A DNA stretch of 56,630 nucleotides from Lama guanicoe (GCA_013239625.1 MU054187.1:1305587-1362216); one strand, 5' to 3'; shown: positions 26,011 through 39,669, counted from the first letter of the stretch. Translations and numbers: made by a program. Notes: generated from the sequence alone by a model not told the origin.

Positions 26011-26969
26011 CTTGGACTGCGTTTTCAAAGATATGATGCTTTCGTGTTTTCCCTTAAGATAGAATCGGAAAATCCATCACTACAGAGAGAACGCATCTTT
26101 CTTTAAGCTTCCAGAACATCAACAGGCAGCAGGTGTCAAGGGAAACTCTGGAGCCCAGGAAAGGGTGCCTTTCATTAGCTCTTCTCTAGTCATTTTAAAC
26201 ATAAATGGAAAAAATAAGGACAATTGGAATTCTTTGTAAAATTGCCATTATTTTGAAAACACCTGCCAAAGCAGAGAATTCCTTCTAGCATTTTGGGTGT
26301 TTAATACCTTTATATACCTCTCTATAAAAAATGGTTAGAGCCATCAGTGACTGGCAGTTCTCAGTATACGGCACATGCAATTCAAAGGCTCTGTGTGACA
26401 TACTGTGTGGAATTGGCTTGTGGCATCAATACTTAGCTGCATTATTTTCCCCTTTTAACATCTCTGAGATGGCTGTACAGGCAGATGTGTGAACGCATCA
26501 GTGGGAAACTTCTAGTAAGACCAAGAAATTGCCATATTGGTCTTTCTAACTCAGTGAGATACGGTTCCATAAATAAGGTAAATGTGTGTTTTTTTTTTAA
26601 AGCAGTAAAATTTCTGAGACATCGTAGATTCATTTTTTTCGTGTCTCAGGTAGAATAGTATTTCCATGATACTTCGAGGGCTATAGAAATCAACTTAGCT
26701 AAAAATGCCATGCTTCGAAAGCTCTCTAACATTTGCAGATACATTATTAAGTATTGTTTAGTTTCATCATCTTCATCTTTCTCTGAGGAGGAAGGGCGAT
26801 TGGATGTCATCCATCTGTCCAGGAAGAGGCTGAATCTCACGCACTCTTGGTAGTTCCCTTGCTCGTAAGAGCTGAGGCCAGAAACCCTGACGTCTAGCTT
26901 ACGGACGTGCGCCAGGGTCAGTCCGAGACTTTGCGGGCTAGAAACGGGCTGCCGTGGCCATCTCAGCAA

Positions 26970-28110
26970 AGGCTTGGTGACGTCAGAGAGAGGGGGCGTC
27001 ACGACGGGGCTCCCCGCGCCCCGCGCCGCGCGGTTCGGGTGCAGCCGGCTCGGCCGGAGGGCAGGTGAGTGCAGCCCGTGTAACTCCAGGCTTCCACCAG
27101 GACAGCGACCTGCTGGACCGGCGGAAACACTGCTTCAGCGTGCAGTCCGAGTCCGGGGAGGACCTCTACTTCTCCGTGGAGCTGGAGTCCGACCTGGCCC
27201 AGTGGGAACGAGCCTTCCAGACAGCGGCCTTCCTGGAGGTGGAGCGCATCCAGGTGAGCGTCTGGCGTCCAGGGTGTGGGCCCCACGTGCGTGGGCGCGG
27301 CCCTCGAGCGCCAGCGGCGGGGCTCGGGCCTGTGAGCGTCCCGAACTCGCCCAGCGGCCCTGGGACACCTCTCCTACGGCCGACCTCTCCGGGCCGCTGG
27401 CCGCCGCGCACCGCAAACCTATTCCTCATTTTAACTGGAGTCTGCTCTACCCTGAATCTGAAGCAGGCGGCGTCCTGTTCGCCGTCCCCGCTCCCCCGGT
27501 CTCCGGCCCGCGGGGCTTCGTCCCCTCCCGGGGCCCTTCGCGCCGGAAGCCTCCCCGGTCTCCGGCCTTCGGAAGCGCGCGGTCCGGCACTTCGGTCGCA
27601 GCCCCGCCGGTCCCGTCTGCGCGCCCCCCGCGCCCCCCGCGCACCGCCCGCTGCCGGGGGGCCCTGCTCCCCCTCCGTGTTCGGGGGCCCCGCCCGGGGG
27701 CGTCCCGCGCGGGGCGGAGGTTCCGGGGTGACCTGCTGCGCCTGCCGACCGCGGCCCAGGGCCTGTCGTCCGTCCCTCACGGGCTTCGGCAGGTTTTGTG
27801 ACGCCTCGTTCCTGACGTGCGAAGTTTTCTCGCTCAGACGTCAAGGCCTCCGGCCTCCGCCGGGCCGCGGGCGAGCGCTGGACGAGGGCTCCTGGGACGC
27901 CCGCGCCGGGCCGGGGGCGCCCGCCGGTCGCGGGCCTCGGGGTGCGTGGCCTTCAGTGGCGCTGACCTGATCGGTGACATGACTCCTTCCTTCCCTTCCG
28001 GCTGCAAACTTCCATATTCAGCCCGTGAGTCACACCGCTGTGGCGTGGCAGTCGGGGGGCGACGAGGAGAGACTCGTGTCCCTTTTCCCGTCGCTCAGCT
28101 CGCGCTTTCC
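26970..28110. promoter_or_regulatory. Intragenic CpG island spanning the 153-nt exon
   Basis: About 1.1 kb of very GC- and CpG-rich sequence; long spurious Arg/Pro/Gly/Ala ORFs on both strands. Confidence 0.85.
27101..27253 (+). CDS. SNTG1: SNTG1 coding exon (153 nt; DSDLLDRRKHCFSVQSESGEDLYFSVELESDLAQWERAFQTAAFLEVERIQ)
   Basis: Acceptor cttccaccag|, donor |gtgagc. PH-domain C-terminal helix (YFSVE...LAQWERAF); embedded in ORF 27065..27970. Confidence 0.96.
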
Positions 28111-31100
28111 TATAGTCCTGCTGCCCTGCGTGTATCCAGCAATGTGACTGAGAAACGTTGTTTCCATAGTTCAGCTGTATAGAGCCTCAGTTCAGTAGAT
28201 GGATACTTTAATATCAAAAGCGGAAAGGTGAAAAATGTCTTCAGCGTTACTTGGTTCCCAGTGTCCACATCTAAGTCCGTTTCAGAGCGTTGCACAGCGT
28301 TGTACAGGAGTTGACGTTTTTGTGACTTATGATAATCTCAGGTGTTCCTAATTACCATTCTTCTGGCCTGTCACATCACTTGGAAACAAACACATGGCGA
28401 TTTCCACCTGCTGGCTTCAATTTCAGATTTCAAGTCTCCCGGTACTTAGAAATGAGATAGAGATAAAATCATGCTGTTCCATTTGTATTTTACTGCTGTT
28501 CATTGTCTTTTTTTTTTTTAATCTGAACCTCACGGTCTCTAAGCTGACGTCCTGAGCAATGCACTTTTTTGCATTAGCACCTTACATATTTACACTGTGG
28601 ATTTAAGGTGCATATAGTTAAGTGGAAACTGAAATATTTAATGCCTTTTCAGTTTCTGGTTGTTTTATGGATTTCATAATTTCCCTTCGTTTACTCTACC
28701 AGAAATCAGTAGTCAATGACTGAACACTGCGGTTCTATTTCAAAACTCAAGGACATGAATATATTTACATGAAGAACCTCGTGTGGTTTCCTTCTATGTT
28801 CTCAGTATTTCCAATACCATTCAAGTTGATAAAGAAAGAAAATAAAGGAGGACACATGTCCTATTGCGAAATAGGCATCCAGGCAGAAAATTAGCAAATT
28901 GACAAATACAGTAAGAGTTAATCAGTTCAATTATTTTTATTTTGAAATTGGTTTTCCTTAACCGTACAGCGTTTACTTAACATTTTCTAGCTTCTAATCT
29001 ATTCCTTTATCTATTAACGTATTTTCTAATCTCCAATGTACTTAATATTGATATAAATATCAACATATTTATCTAGGAGGTAATCCATTGAAAACAGGTA
29101 TTTCTAAACATCCTACATTGTCATTTAAATTACCTCAAAATTTGGAAAATGTAATGAACATTGAAACAGAAGTATGACAACTGATATGAACTAAATCTTA
29201 CCTTCCCCGAGTGTGCAAAGTACCGTTACTAGGCTGAATTCACTTACTGCACTTTTAGCACCTGTATTTATCTCACTTCTGAACAGTCTTCCCAGAGAAA
29301 GTGAATGATACTGGTAAGGGACAGAGAGTTGTTTTTGACTTTACACTAATTTAATCTGAATTAACATTGCCCTTTGAAAATAAGACTTTTAATGAAAAAG
29401 CATATCACTTTCAAAAACTCATTTCCTTTCACTGTTATTATTTCAAACTCTTCCATTGTGTTTTATCCAGCTACAGACATTTAGCTGTCATACAAAAGAG
29501 TATATTAAAATTTATTTTATGTGTGACATATCTTCAAATAGTATATGATTGCACAAAAATATTTCAAAGTGTTTCTAGTTTGAATTTCCCCAGAAGGGTA
29601 ATTTTTTGCTCTTTTCTAACTATAATTCAAAATAAACATAGATATTAAGCCATAAATCAAATATTTTAATATTAAAACATACATCAAGTATACTCGTATT
29701 ACATGTCTATTAAGACTATAAATCATGGAATCAAACTTCAGTGGGTCTCAATTTATATCATATCTATTTCAGTTTAATGGAATAGATGAATAGAATTTAT
29801 TAAAACATTTAATAAAACATTTAATTTGTAATTCTGAACTTAACGAGATCAATTTTAATGTTCTATACTGAAGGTGTTTCCACCTGATGTATTTTTTCAA
29901 TAGTGTTACTTGAAAATAGCAAATGATTATGTCTAAATTGGAGAAAATGAGATAGCCTTGGACGTTCCTCAGGTTGGTAGTAGCTTTAATGAAGTGGTAG
30001 TGGGTGGATGTGCACGTGGAAAGTGCTCATGTATTAAACAAATAAAATTACACCCAAAATGAACTTACAAGGACCATTAAGTTTGCTTTCTAATCTGTTT
30101 TTTTTTTTTTTGGAAAACTTAACTCCAAATGAATAATCTGGCATGGTTATAACATTACTACGCGAATTGGGCTTAAGCACATGAATACAGCTTTTTGGTG
30201 ATGGCAAAAGCATTGATGCGTTTAGGCATCGTTATAGTCAGAGTGAGGTTCACTTAATGTACTTTCATAAACAGCATTATAAAAACAGATAGGATGTAAG
30301 CATCGGTACTGAACATTCGCTTAAGATGGTTTCTCTCTCCCTCTTCCTCCCTCTCCTTGTGTGTGAATTACAAGCATTTTTCTTCATTTTAACATCCCAT
30401 TCTGGTTTGCAATTCAATGCAAATAAAACTGGCTTATGGACATAAAAATGCATTATGTTTCCTGTAAGCTCCAAGTTTGTTTTTCAGATCTGTTATTCTT
30501 ATACTTTGCTATCTATATTTGATTAGTCTTTCCAAAGTATTCATATAAGTGAATTTATAATTTAAATTGACCTCAGTGTGAATAATCATCAATTCTTGTT
30601 TTGGAGAATCAGTAGGTTTGCACAGATAATAGGCAAGAGTCAGTGTCTTTAGGATGTAATGTGCACAGTGTGGATGAATACACAGAGACTCTCAAGGTCA
30701 CGAGGTTTCTTGTATTTTTTGCCTTGGGTATTAAATCTGTTTGTGGGCCTGGAGCTGTCTTTTTAATAATAGTGATGAAATTGATGTGCCAAGAATTTAG
30801 GTAAGACCTTAATCTTTAATAATTTACTTTGAGTTTAATGAAAATGCTGTGATCTTGAGCTACAGAATCTAACAACATAATCTTGCCTATACCTGAAAAT
30901 GTGTGTACAGTTTTACTGCCAGTGTAGCCAAGGGCAGAAATGGGGCACAAGGCAGAGACGAGGTCAGATGGAGCAGAACTAGAAACAGCCCACGTCCCCC
31001 ACCCGGGCAGGGCCACAGGCACTCAGCTTGTGTCTGTCAACTCTGGGATGTTGGGAACACCAGCTTCCTTAGACAGCCATGGCTGAAACGAAGGTGGCAT

Positions 31101-31208
31101 TGCATAAGGAGCATTTCACAGGAGCGGTCACACTGTCGATAGGCGTTGGCTGTTCAGCCTGCCGTTGGGTCCATCTGACGGGAAGTAACAGTCTTCTGTT
31201 CTGTCCAG

Positions 31209-31301
31209 TGCAAGACGTACGCGTGTGTGCTGGACGGTCACCTGATGGGGCTCACCATCGACTTCAGCTCCGGCTTCATCTGCTTTGACGCGGCCACCAA
31301 G
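31209..31301 (+). CDS. SNTG1: SNTG1 coding exon (93 nt; CKTYACVLDGHLMGLTIDFSSGFICFDAATK)
   Basis: Acceptor ttctgttctgtccag|, donor |gtactg. In frame; syntrophin LTID..GF motif. Confidence 0.95.
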
Positions 31302-32483
31302 GTACTGTGTTCCGTCATCTCTTAACCTAGAATGATCGAAATCACTAATCCAGTCAGCACACTCAGTGGTCCTCAGAGGTCGGGTTTTAGGTCCACAGTT
31401 CTATTGATAGAAGATAAATTAAGCTTTAATCTATTTATAGAAAACTAAAAGTTTGAAGTTTAATAAAATCAATATGGTGCCACATTATAACTACATTATA
31501 ACTACATGCAGTACATACGTGTATATGTGGTTACATACATACATATATATGTCTCTACATTTTATATATATATTCTCTTTTATTAAAGGTATGGCCTCAT
31601 AATGAAGGGAAATTTTCTTCTCTCAAAACAGTTTTTTAAAACAAAGTGTTCCTTTATTATTTTTCTGAGTCAGTCTCCAATATCAAAATGAGGAACCATA
31701 TTTGTTTAGTTCTACGGGTAACACGTCAGGATCACAGGATGCCCCGTTGAGCGTTTGGCGTTCCAAGCCAGGGAGGGTAGCCCTTGTGAACACCTGGCTC
31801 AGTGAGGTCTGTGCTGTCTGACTGGTGCCTCTTCCACAAAGCCTGTGTCCCCGGGAGTGATGTGCACCGAATGATGAAGGGGGCCTCTCAGCCAGCCGTA
31901 TCTAAAGGGTCTTGAAGCCCCCCTACCCACCGTCAGTCCCCTTCCGGGGCCAGAGACACTGCCGCAGCTCCTGACTCAGGGCTGAGGCCCCCAGGAAGAC
32001 GCCCTCCTCCCCTCAGAGGACCTCGGCTCCTCAGACCCGTCTTCTCCTTAATGGACTAACAGATTCCGTGTGGCTACTGAAGGATGACTGAGTCATCCCT
32101 TATGGGGCACTTACACGGCACCAGGAAACTAAGCCTTGTACAGGGTTCTCAAAAGCAAACGCACACAGAACGAGAGCGGTATACACGTGTGGGGAGGACA
32201 GCGTGCGGGGCGTGGGAGTGTGCGTCCTGGGAGACGGCGTCCAATGAGGGGGCCCAGCTGGTCCCAGCCAAGTGGGACGTGGGCTGGGGTTCGGAGCTCT
32301 TACGACTTTTCATGGCCCAGCAATTGAGACTGTCACACAAAATCTCACATTATGTGAGGGTGGCCAATGTTTCTTTATATTTTGACTTCGGGAAGTTAAA
32401 TAGCACACACTCGGGTCAGATTTGATCACGCAAGGTGTTGCCTTTGTGTGATGCCAAAATAACACTTTTCTTTCTCCTTTAAC

Positions 32484-32569
32484 TTTTTTTTTTTTGATGG
32501 AGGTGCTGGGGATTGAACCCAGCTCGTGCGTGCTAAGCATGTGCTCTACCACTGAGCTACACCCTCCCC
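32484..32569 (-). mobile_element. Vic-1-type SINE
   Basis: Poly-T, then gatggaggtgctggggattgaacccag...gctaagcatgtgctctaccactgagctacaccctcccc. Confidence 0.9.
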
Positions 32570-35500
32570 AAGAATACTTTTTTATTTATGGAGTTTCAGG
32601 TGCCGGTGGCTCTTTGAATGAGCCTCAGATGAGACTGTTGTAAACTCGTCCCATGACAAAGATGTTCTTTTGAATAAAATACTCATTCAAATCTGGCTAG
32701 GCTCATGAATATTAAATTAATTTAATAAATTTACTACTTTAAATATTAATGCATCAATTTCATAGCTATTAAATGAATGTAATAAATAACTTTAAACATA
32801 AATTAAAGTGATTAGAATAAAAAATTAAACTCTGATTTTAAAAAGGAAGTAAGATGGCCCGAGTTGTCACCGAACTCTGTCACATGTGGGTAAAAGACTC
32901 TCGCGCTAGTAAATGAGAGGGAAAAAAATTCATCTGGACGGGCTTCTGAATCTATTTTGAGTTTCTCTTTAAAGCTGATGTTTGGTCCAAATCCGTGTTG
33001 GGGTCCTGCCGTGGCTCTTTGTTGTTGAGGGGAGGACTCCTGGTGTGGATGTGGTACCCGCCGTACCTGTGCGCACCTGCCCGGGTCCTCTGGGACGGAG
33101 GGTGCGTCAGGGAACCCAGCGCTTGCTGGGACTCTGTCCAGGGCAAGGCCTTTAGCAAGAAATGAGATTTAGTCAGCACAAGCTTGACACACAGGAAAAA
33201 CCAGAACAGTAGTGACTGTCCCTCCAGCTTCTGACTTGGTGGAAGTACCGACCTTCAAGGCCATCTGAGAAACTGGAGGGAGGGGAAGGAGTCCGCCCCA
33301 TCATCGTGGAGACAGTATTCGTTCCTGAAACTGTGACTGTCGGAGGCAAGGGGGAGCTTTTAATAATCATCTCAGGACAACAAGCTTCAACAGAGAGGCC
33401 GGGGGAGCCAGTGAGCTGACCTCACTGGGAGAAGGTTGTCTCACTCCACAGAATCAGCCTAAAGAAGATAATTTTCAATACAAGAAAATTACCTCTAAAT
33501 TAAAACATCTTGCATCATGTTTGAACAACATTTTATCATGACAATGAAGTAATATTCAGCTCTTCTCTCTCTTTGGTATGCGTGTGGGATGCATCCCACA
33601 GACAGATGTCAGCAGATTTCTGGGTTCAGGTTAGGGAGGGCCTGACAGCAGTGACTTCTCTAAGTTTCTTGAAAAAACACATTTCAGCCTAGCGTGCTAC
33701 AACATAGGACTCAAATATTATAAACAGTCGAAGTGCATTGCGGACTTAGAAGCCAAGGAGTGGTCCTGGCTCCCCGCCCCTGGACCACGCGTCTCAGGGC
33801 GGCTGCTCTCCAGGACACCTCTTGGTTTCTAACACAGACACATTTATGGCAGGCAGGTTTCACCAGGCAACTGAGATAAGAAATTATTCCACATTCACCA
33901 GGTGAATAAAATGTAGGCTTGAGCTGGGGCCCCGCTGTCAGATCCGGCCGGTGCACACCCCTCAAACACAGGACATATCCCTGCCCTCACTAACCGTCAC
34001 AGACTCAGACTCTCATCCTCAACCATGGTTCAGTGCATTGATTCAAAGCGGCGCTGCAGTGATTCAAAGCAGAAAGATCCCAGGGCAATTCATCGTACGT
34101 TGTTAATTTAAGGAACACAATCATTTCCAAGCGATGGTATTTACACTTGGGTCAATTTCTAGAAATACAGATTTCTTTGAATCGGAGAATTTTTAAAATT
34201 CTACCAAGGGAAAAAAAGAAGAATGATTGAATCACAGTGATAAAGTTCATAATGAAATTTTAGAGATCAAATTAGTAAAAGTGAAGAATAGCGCTGCCTT
34301 GGAGATAAAATGTGCAGACACTCCCGTGGTAATTTAGCAGTTATTTAATAAAGCGCTTAATCTCTGTCGGCGGAGCAGCCTGCAGACAACCCGCAGGAGG
34401 GTGAGGCAGTGATGGCTTGTTCTGTGCGCAGAGCTGTTGGCTCAGATGCAGCAGCTAGCCCAGTAAACTCGCCTCTTTTTCTCTCTGGAGCCGGTCACTG
34501 CCCACTGAGCTGGCAAACGTGTGTGCATATGTTAACGAGAAATCAGGAGAAAAGAGCTGCTTTCTGTAAAGCATTGTATGCTTTCATCTAATTTTGTGTT
34601 CTTTCACTATTTCTGTTTTTATCCCTTTATCATTACTGTTCAAGTTTACAAGATTTGTAAAATTAGTACACAGTAGATGCACTGGTTTTAGTAAACATCC
34701 AATTAATTAAGTTCAGAAACGTATTTGGTTAGGATAAATTTCACACGAATGGAGACCAAAAGAGAAGAATAAAGATGTGTAAAGAAGAATATTTTTAAAG
34801 GAAGGGTTTCTACTAAATATGCCTCCAAGCCCACCCACACCAAAGGCGAGGAAAAGGAGGCGCCCACAGGACATCCACATTCTAACGTGTTGTTAATTAC
34901 TCCGGCGGGGAGGGTGGGCAGAAGGCAAGAGAGGGTACCCGTGGTCGGCGTCTTGCTTAGTTGAAGGAGGATGCAAAGCAGAAACAGCGCTGCGAGGGCA
35001 GATTTGATTTGTGGCTTAACCAGGAGACCCGTCAAGACCATTTACAGTGAAAAAAAAAGTATGTTTGTGGTTACTGATGGGCAAACGTGAGTTAGATGTC
35101 AAATACCAGGCGCCCAGTGTCACGGAGAGAGTAAAGGTAGGTCCTGCCTTCAAAGCATTTTTGTTGTGGTTTTTAACATCTTCTGTGTAATTAGTTGTAA
35201 TCCACACAGATCGCACTTCCCAGTGTGTTTGCCCCTATGTTGCAAAACATCCTTCCCCGTTTCCCGTAACACAGAAGACGTAGTGCTACATGACCTGCGT
35301 GTGTAAAAGCTGTTTCAGACTTTTTGAAGAGGAATTTTTCCAGAGGGCATGAGACATTAGGACCTACTGACGGTGAACTGGGAGAGGCTGATAAAGATGT
35401 GGTGGACGTGGTTTTGCCTGTTTTTGTTCAACATGTAAGCATGTCATTTCATTTCTGTAGCCTCCTTTTCCATTTACATGCATAGAACTGAGGAATTGTG

Positions 35501-36064
35501 TCTTTGAATAGTCTGCATGCAAGGAATCATTGCTGTCATGTGAACGTGAATTCGTTCACTAACCGGGGTCCCTTAGGAGAGCCAGCCCCGGCCCCTCCCC
35601 GGGTGGACTGCAGCCGGCCCGGGCGGTCTCTGTCATAAACATCACAGATGCAGAGGAAGGGAAAGCTTTCTCTTTTCCCTGCCCACTGATGTGCTCTAGA
35701 TCACCGGCGTTTCCAAACTTCAGGCCAATTCTAACAGGGGATCTTCAACAAATGAAGAGACTATGGGAAACTTTTTACTTGTAGAGAGAGAAAAAAGGCT
35801 TAAGATCACAACAGCATTCTAAGGAAAAAGGCATGATGGCTCAGAACACGCTCTGTCTGAGAAAATCGGTAAATCAGTTTCCCAGGTTCATGCCTTGTGC
35901 TAAAGCAGGCTTGGGGTCTAGCCTCTGTCTTAAGGCTCTTCCAGCATTGGCAGTGGGAGTCCAGTGTGAATCGTCATCAAGCAGTGGGTTTTCGATGTTT
36001 GGTTAGGCAAGTAGTTCCAGAAAATCAAAGAGGTAGGTTGGGATTGAAGACCAGCAGGAACCGT

Positions 36065-36170
36065 GGAGAACGGCAGACTTGGGTTTGGCCCCTACTTAGT
36101 AGCTGTGAAGTATCTTGTGTGTGTGTGGTGTCCCTGTAATTGTTTCATCTGGGAAAGGGCAGTGCTCTGG
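36065..36170 (+). mobile_element. MIR SINE remnant
   Basis: ggcagacttgggtttggcccctacttagtagctgtga...gtttcatctgggaaaggg. Confidence 0.5.
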
Positions 36171-36530
36171 CGATGGCTTAGCTCTTGCAGGGGTTAGAGG
36201 GACCGTCGTGTGACAGGGTCTAGCGCAGTGTGATGGTCGTTGTAGCAAACACGTTCCGCCGAAGCACAGCAGTGGACACACCGGCAGTGAACGGCGTACG
36301 TGTGTTCACCCATCGGTGACTCGGGGTCAGGAACGAGTGACGCCTCACAGGCCTTGTCATCTTCACGTGAATATTCTGCTTGATAATATTTCAGCATTCC
36401 TTCTTCAATCTCACACAGATTCACTCTTTGTGAAAGATTTCTCTCTGGGTTAAGAATGATGAGCCTAAATTATAAATGCAAATGGCATTGCATTCAAACT
36501 TTTTAGCATTGTTCTGTCTTCCTGCATTTT

Positions 36531-36650
36531 GGGGGGCCTGGGGAATAGAACTAGGTTTATCTATTTATTTATTGTTAGTGGAGGCGCTGCAGATTGAACC
36601 CAGAACCCCACGCACGCTGAGCACGCGCTGCACCCCGAGCTGTCCCCGCC
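36531..36650 (-). mobile_element. Vic-1-type SINE (diverged, GC-shifted)
   Basis: ctaggtttatctatttatt...ggaggcgctgcagattgaacccag...cacgctgagcacgcgctgcaccccgagctg. Confidence 0.75.
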
Positions 36651-37399
36651 TCAGCCTGCACTAATTTATGTAACACGCATCTGCTATGAAGAAGAGCTCA
36701 GGGGCGAACGGTCTTCAGTTGTGAGAGCGCTTGGGGTAGAGCGCTTGGGGGTTGGGGGGTTGGGCCCTCCCTGCGCATTTTCCCGTTCGCGGCTCCCCCT
36801 CGGCCGTGCTCGGTGGCTTTACTGCAGCCACGGCGCTGAACGCCGCGACTCATCGTGCTCTTCTTCACGCGTGGAGATACCGTTACTTGCAGCTTTTAGG
36901 CACTTAAAAATATTTATCGGTATCTTCAAAATGCCAGGTACATTTTATGTAATCATTCATAGAATATGCTGAGTTGAACACTGTTTCATACTGTCAAAAA
37001 AATCAACAAAAAATAAGTTTTAATAAATCAGTAAGTTATTTGTGCTCCATTATTACTAAAACTATTTTATTTTATAGTGCAAATTTTTTTCCTTTCTTGA
37101 GATGCATTCCACAGGACAATTTACATACACAAAGCTAAATGAGTTTCTTTTTTCTGAAAACATCCTCAGACTTTATTAGGCTAATGAACTTCACCACATG
37201 GATTTGACCAAGTTTGCCTCTTCCCCAGAAGCAAGCAGAAACAATCGTGATGGAAAGCCCTGAGGAAGTGAGAATCTAGTCTGTGACCATTTATTACGAA
37301 GTTTGGGTCAATTGCAGATTTCAAAACTGTTCACACATTGCTGTCAGCTTTTATTTGTTTGTTTTTCTTTTCTCCCTCCTTTCGGACTTGGCCTCCACC

Positions 37400-38210
37400 A
37401 GGCGCTAACACGACGGGTACTGCTGGTGGCGGGGTTTCCCATCGGTCACGACTGCGCGGCGGAGGCAGCGGCGCAGGGGGCGTCGCCGGCCGGAGGCCGA
37501 CGCCGCGCACTGGACGCTGGAGCGCGCGGCCCGAGCCCTCGCGTTGCTGGGGTCTCGCTCCCCTCCTCTCGCGAGGACGCGCCTCAGTAACGGGACGTCA
37601 CCAGCGCGAGGGGAGGGCGGGGCGTCTGTCCCCTCCGGCCTTGACTCCGCCTTCGCGCGCGCGCTGCCCGCAGCGCGACGCCCGCCGCGGGTCGGCCGTG
37701 TCCGGCGCCGCCGGGACGGGGGCCGCGGGGCCGCCGCGTGGGCTCCCCGCGCGGCCGGGGAGGACTTGCCCGCGGAGGGGCCGGGAGGGTCACCGGGGCG
37801 CGAAGCGCCAGCGCTCTTCCCGAAAGCGCCGGACAGGCGAGAGCACGAAACGCGCGCCGGGGCCTCTGTGCTGCCGTCTCGCTGCTCCTCTGAGTTAAGG
37901 AAGTTCTCGCCCACAGGACATCCCCCGGCTGTTCCGCGGGCGCAGGGGCTCTGCGCTCAGGCAGGTGCGTGCGGGCCGCGGGCCCAGGGCGCGCCGCGAG
38001 GCCCGGGGAGGGCCGCTCCGGCCGGCGGGGCGTAGCTGTTGGCTCAGGCCGGCCGTCCACCCTGACGGAGACGCAGTGGTCAGTGCGGCCCCAGGGGAAC
38101 GTCTGCGGAACGTTCGGCTGAAAACCACCTCATCGCGTCTATCGACGAAAAGCAAAGGCACGGATGCGGGGTGTCCGCCGGTTCCCCGCGCAGACTTAGC
38201 GGTCGGGGGC
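37400..38210. promoter_or_regulatory. Intronic CpG island about 280 bp upstream of the 111-nt exon
   Basis: About 0.8 kb extremely CpG-dense block with an abrupt boundary to AT-rich DNA at ~37390. Confidence 0.85.
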
Positions 38211-38489
38211 TTGTTCCCAGTTCACCGTCATGCAAAACAACTTAGACCGACTCATTCAGGTGTATTTTTTAAATAAGTATGTCATGGGAACAAAAGTCAT
38301 TTCTGGGAATTAAAGGATATACTGAATACTGAATTACAGCCTTTGATAAACACGTTTTAATTTACTTTTAAGTACTGGGAGGTCGTACTAACTTGATGGG
38401 ATTCACATTTACCAGTTAAAAGTGAGCGCTTCTTGGTCTGAGCGCAGACGTAACTGCACTGACCCCTCTGTGTCTTTTCTCCCCTGCAG

Positions 38490-38600
38490 GCTGTGCTTTG
38501 GAGGTATAAGTTTTCTCAGCTTAAAGGCTCTTCGGATGATGGCAAGAGCAAAATCAAGTTTTTGTTTCAGAATTCAGATACTAAACAGATTGAAGCAAAG
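38490..38600 (+). CDS. SNTG1: SNTG1 coding exon (111 nt; AVLWRYKFSQLKGSSDDGKSKIKFLFQNSDTKQIEAK), syntrophin-unique region
   Basis: Acceptor cttttctcccctgcag|, donor |gtaaac. Hallmark LWRYKFSQLKGSSDDG motif. Confidence 0.96.
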
Positions 38601-39669
38601 GTAAACCCAGTCCATCACATACACCACCTCTAACTGCGTTAATGCCTTAAGAAGCAGCAGGGGAGGCAGTTTAGGAGACTCCAAAGAGGGGAAACACACA
38701 TCCTCTGTTTGCCTTGGAACATGCCTCGTGGCCAAGAGGATGAATTCACCTTAAGATCTGAATGGCAGATTTTCACTGAAGGGCATAAGAAAATAAATTA
38801 CGCACAACACGTTGTGTGTCTTAGTTTTAGTTTCTCATTTATTAAAAATAGTTTCAGAAGAGATTCATCAAATGTTACAGGCAGCGATTTTTGAGCAGGG
38901 AAAGGAGCAGTCTTAAAAATAAATGCGCGAACCTGACCATCGGTGAGTAACTGGCCTTCTCTCAGTGAGGGAGGGTGATATCTACATGGGCAGCACTGAA
39001 AATACCAGATTAAAAATGGAGACGGTTAACAAGAAGTGGTACCATCTCACCACGCAGAACAGCAGGCCTGCTGGTCCTGCTACAGAGCTGTCTAGCCGTG
39101 CTGGTGCGCAGCACAGCCGCCAAGATCGTAAACTGCATAAGATTAAAACTAGTACAAGTGCTAAGTATTTTATAACTTTGATAACTGCACCTTGTGAGGA
39201 ATAATCAAAAGTGCCATCACAGGAAGAAAGCAAGGAGGATGCCCGTGTGTCACATCACTGGACTCACGGGACCGCGCAGCACAAGGGTGGCTTATGGCTG
39301 AAACTGATGTCACTTGAGGATTCAGCACGTCCTCTGTTGAGAACATCACTTTCTCTAAATGAGGGAATGGGCAGCATGATCCGGTGGAAAGAAAATTAGG
39401 AAGCATTGGCCCTGGGCAGACTCTTCTTTACCGTGTCCTAGCTCTGTTACTTGAGGCAGTTTATCACCAAATCTATGACTGCTGCTTTGCAGGGAAAGTA
39501 CAAGGAATAAATACCCCTGGGACCCGGCAGATGGAAGACTCTCAGCAGATCACTTCATCTTTAAAGAATGCACCACAATGACTAAGGGGGAATTTTTAAA
39601 ACATACTGTAGTAGTAAGAATGTGAACTTCATAGTTAAAGCACGCTGTCATCCACACAGAAATATGTTG

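Noticed and set aside
26974..27970. Long overlapping ORFs (275, 301 and 204 aa)
   Set aside because: Only 27101-27253 is real coding sequence. The rest is low-complexity R/P/G/A sequence open on both strands because GC-rich DNA lacks stop codons.
37400..38210. Bacterial contamination or horizontal transfer as the source of the GC blocks
   Set aside because: Comparable GC blocks overlap bona fide SNTG1 exons and L1 remnants elsewhere in the window, and no prokaryotic gene structure is visible.
37338..38276. Cluster of 100-186 aa ORFs on both strands
   Set aside because: CpG-island artefact; no recognisable domain or exon structure.
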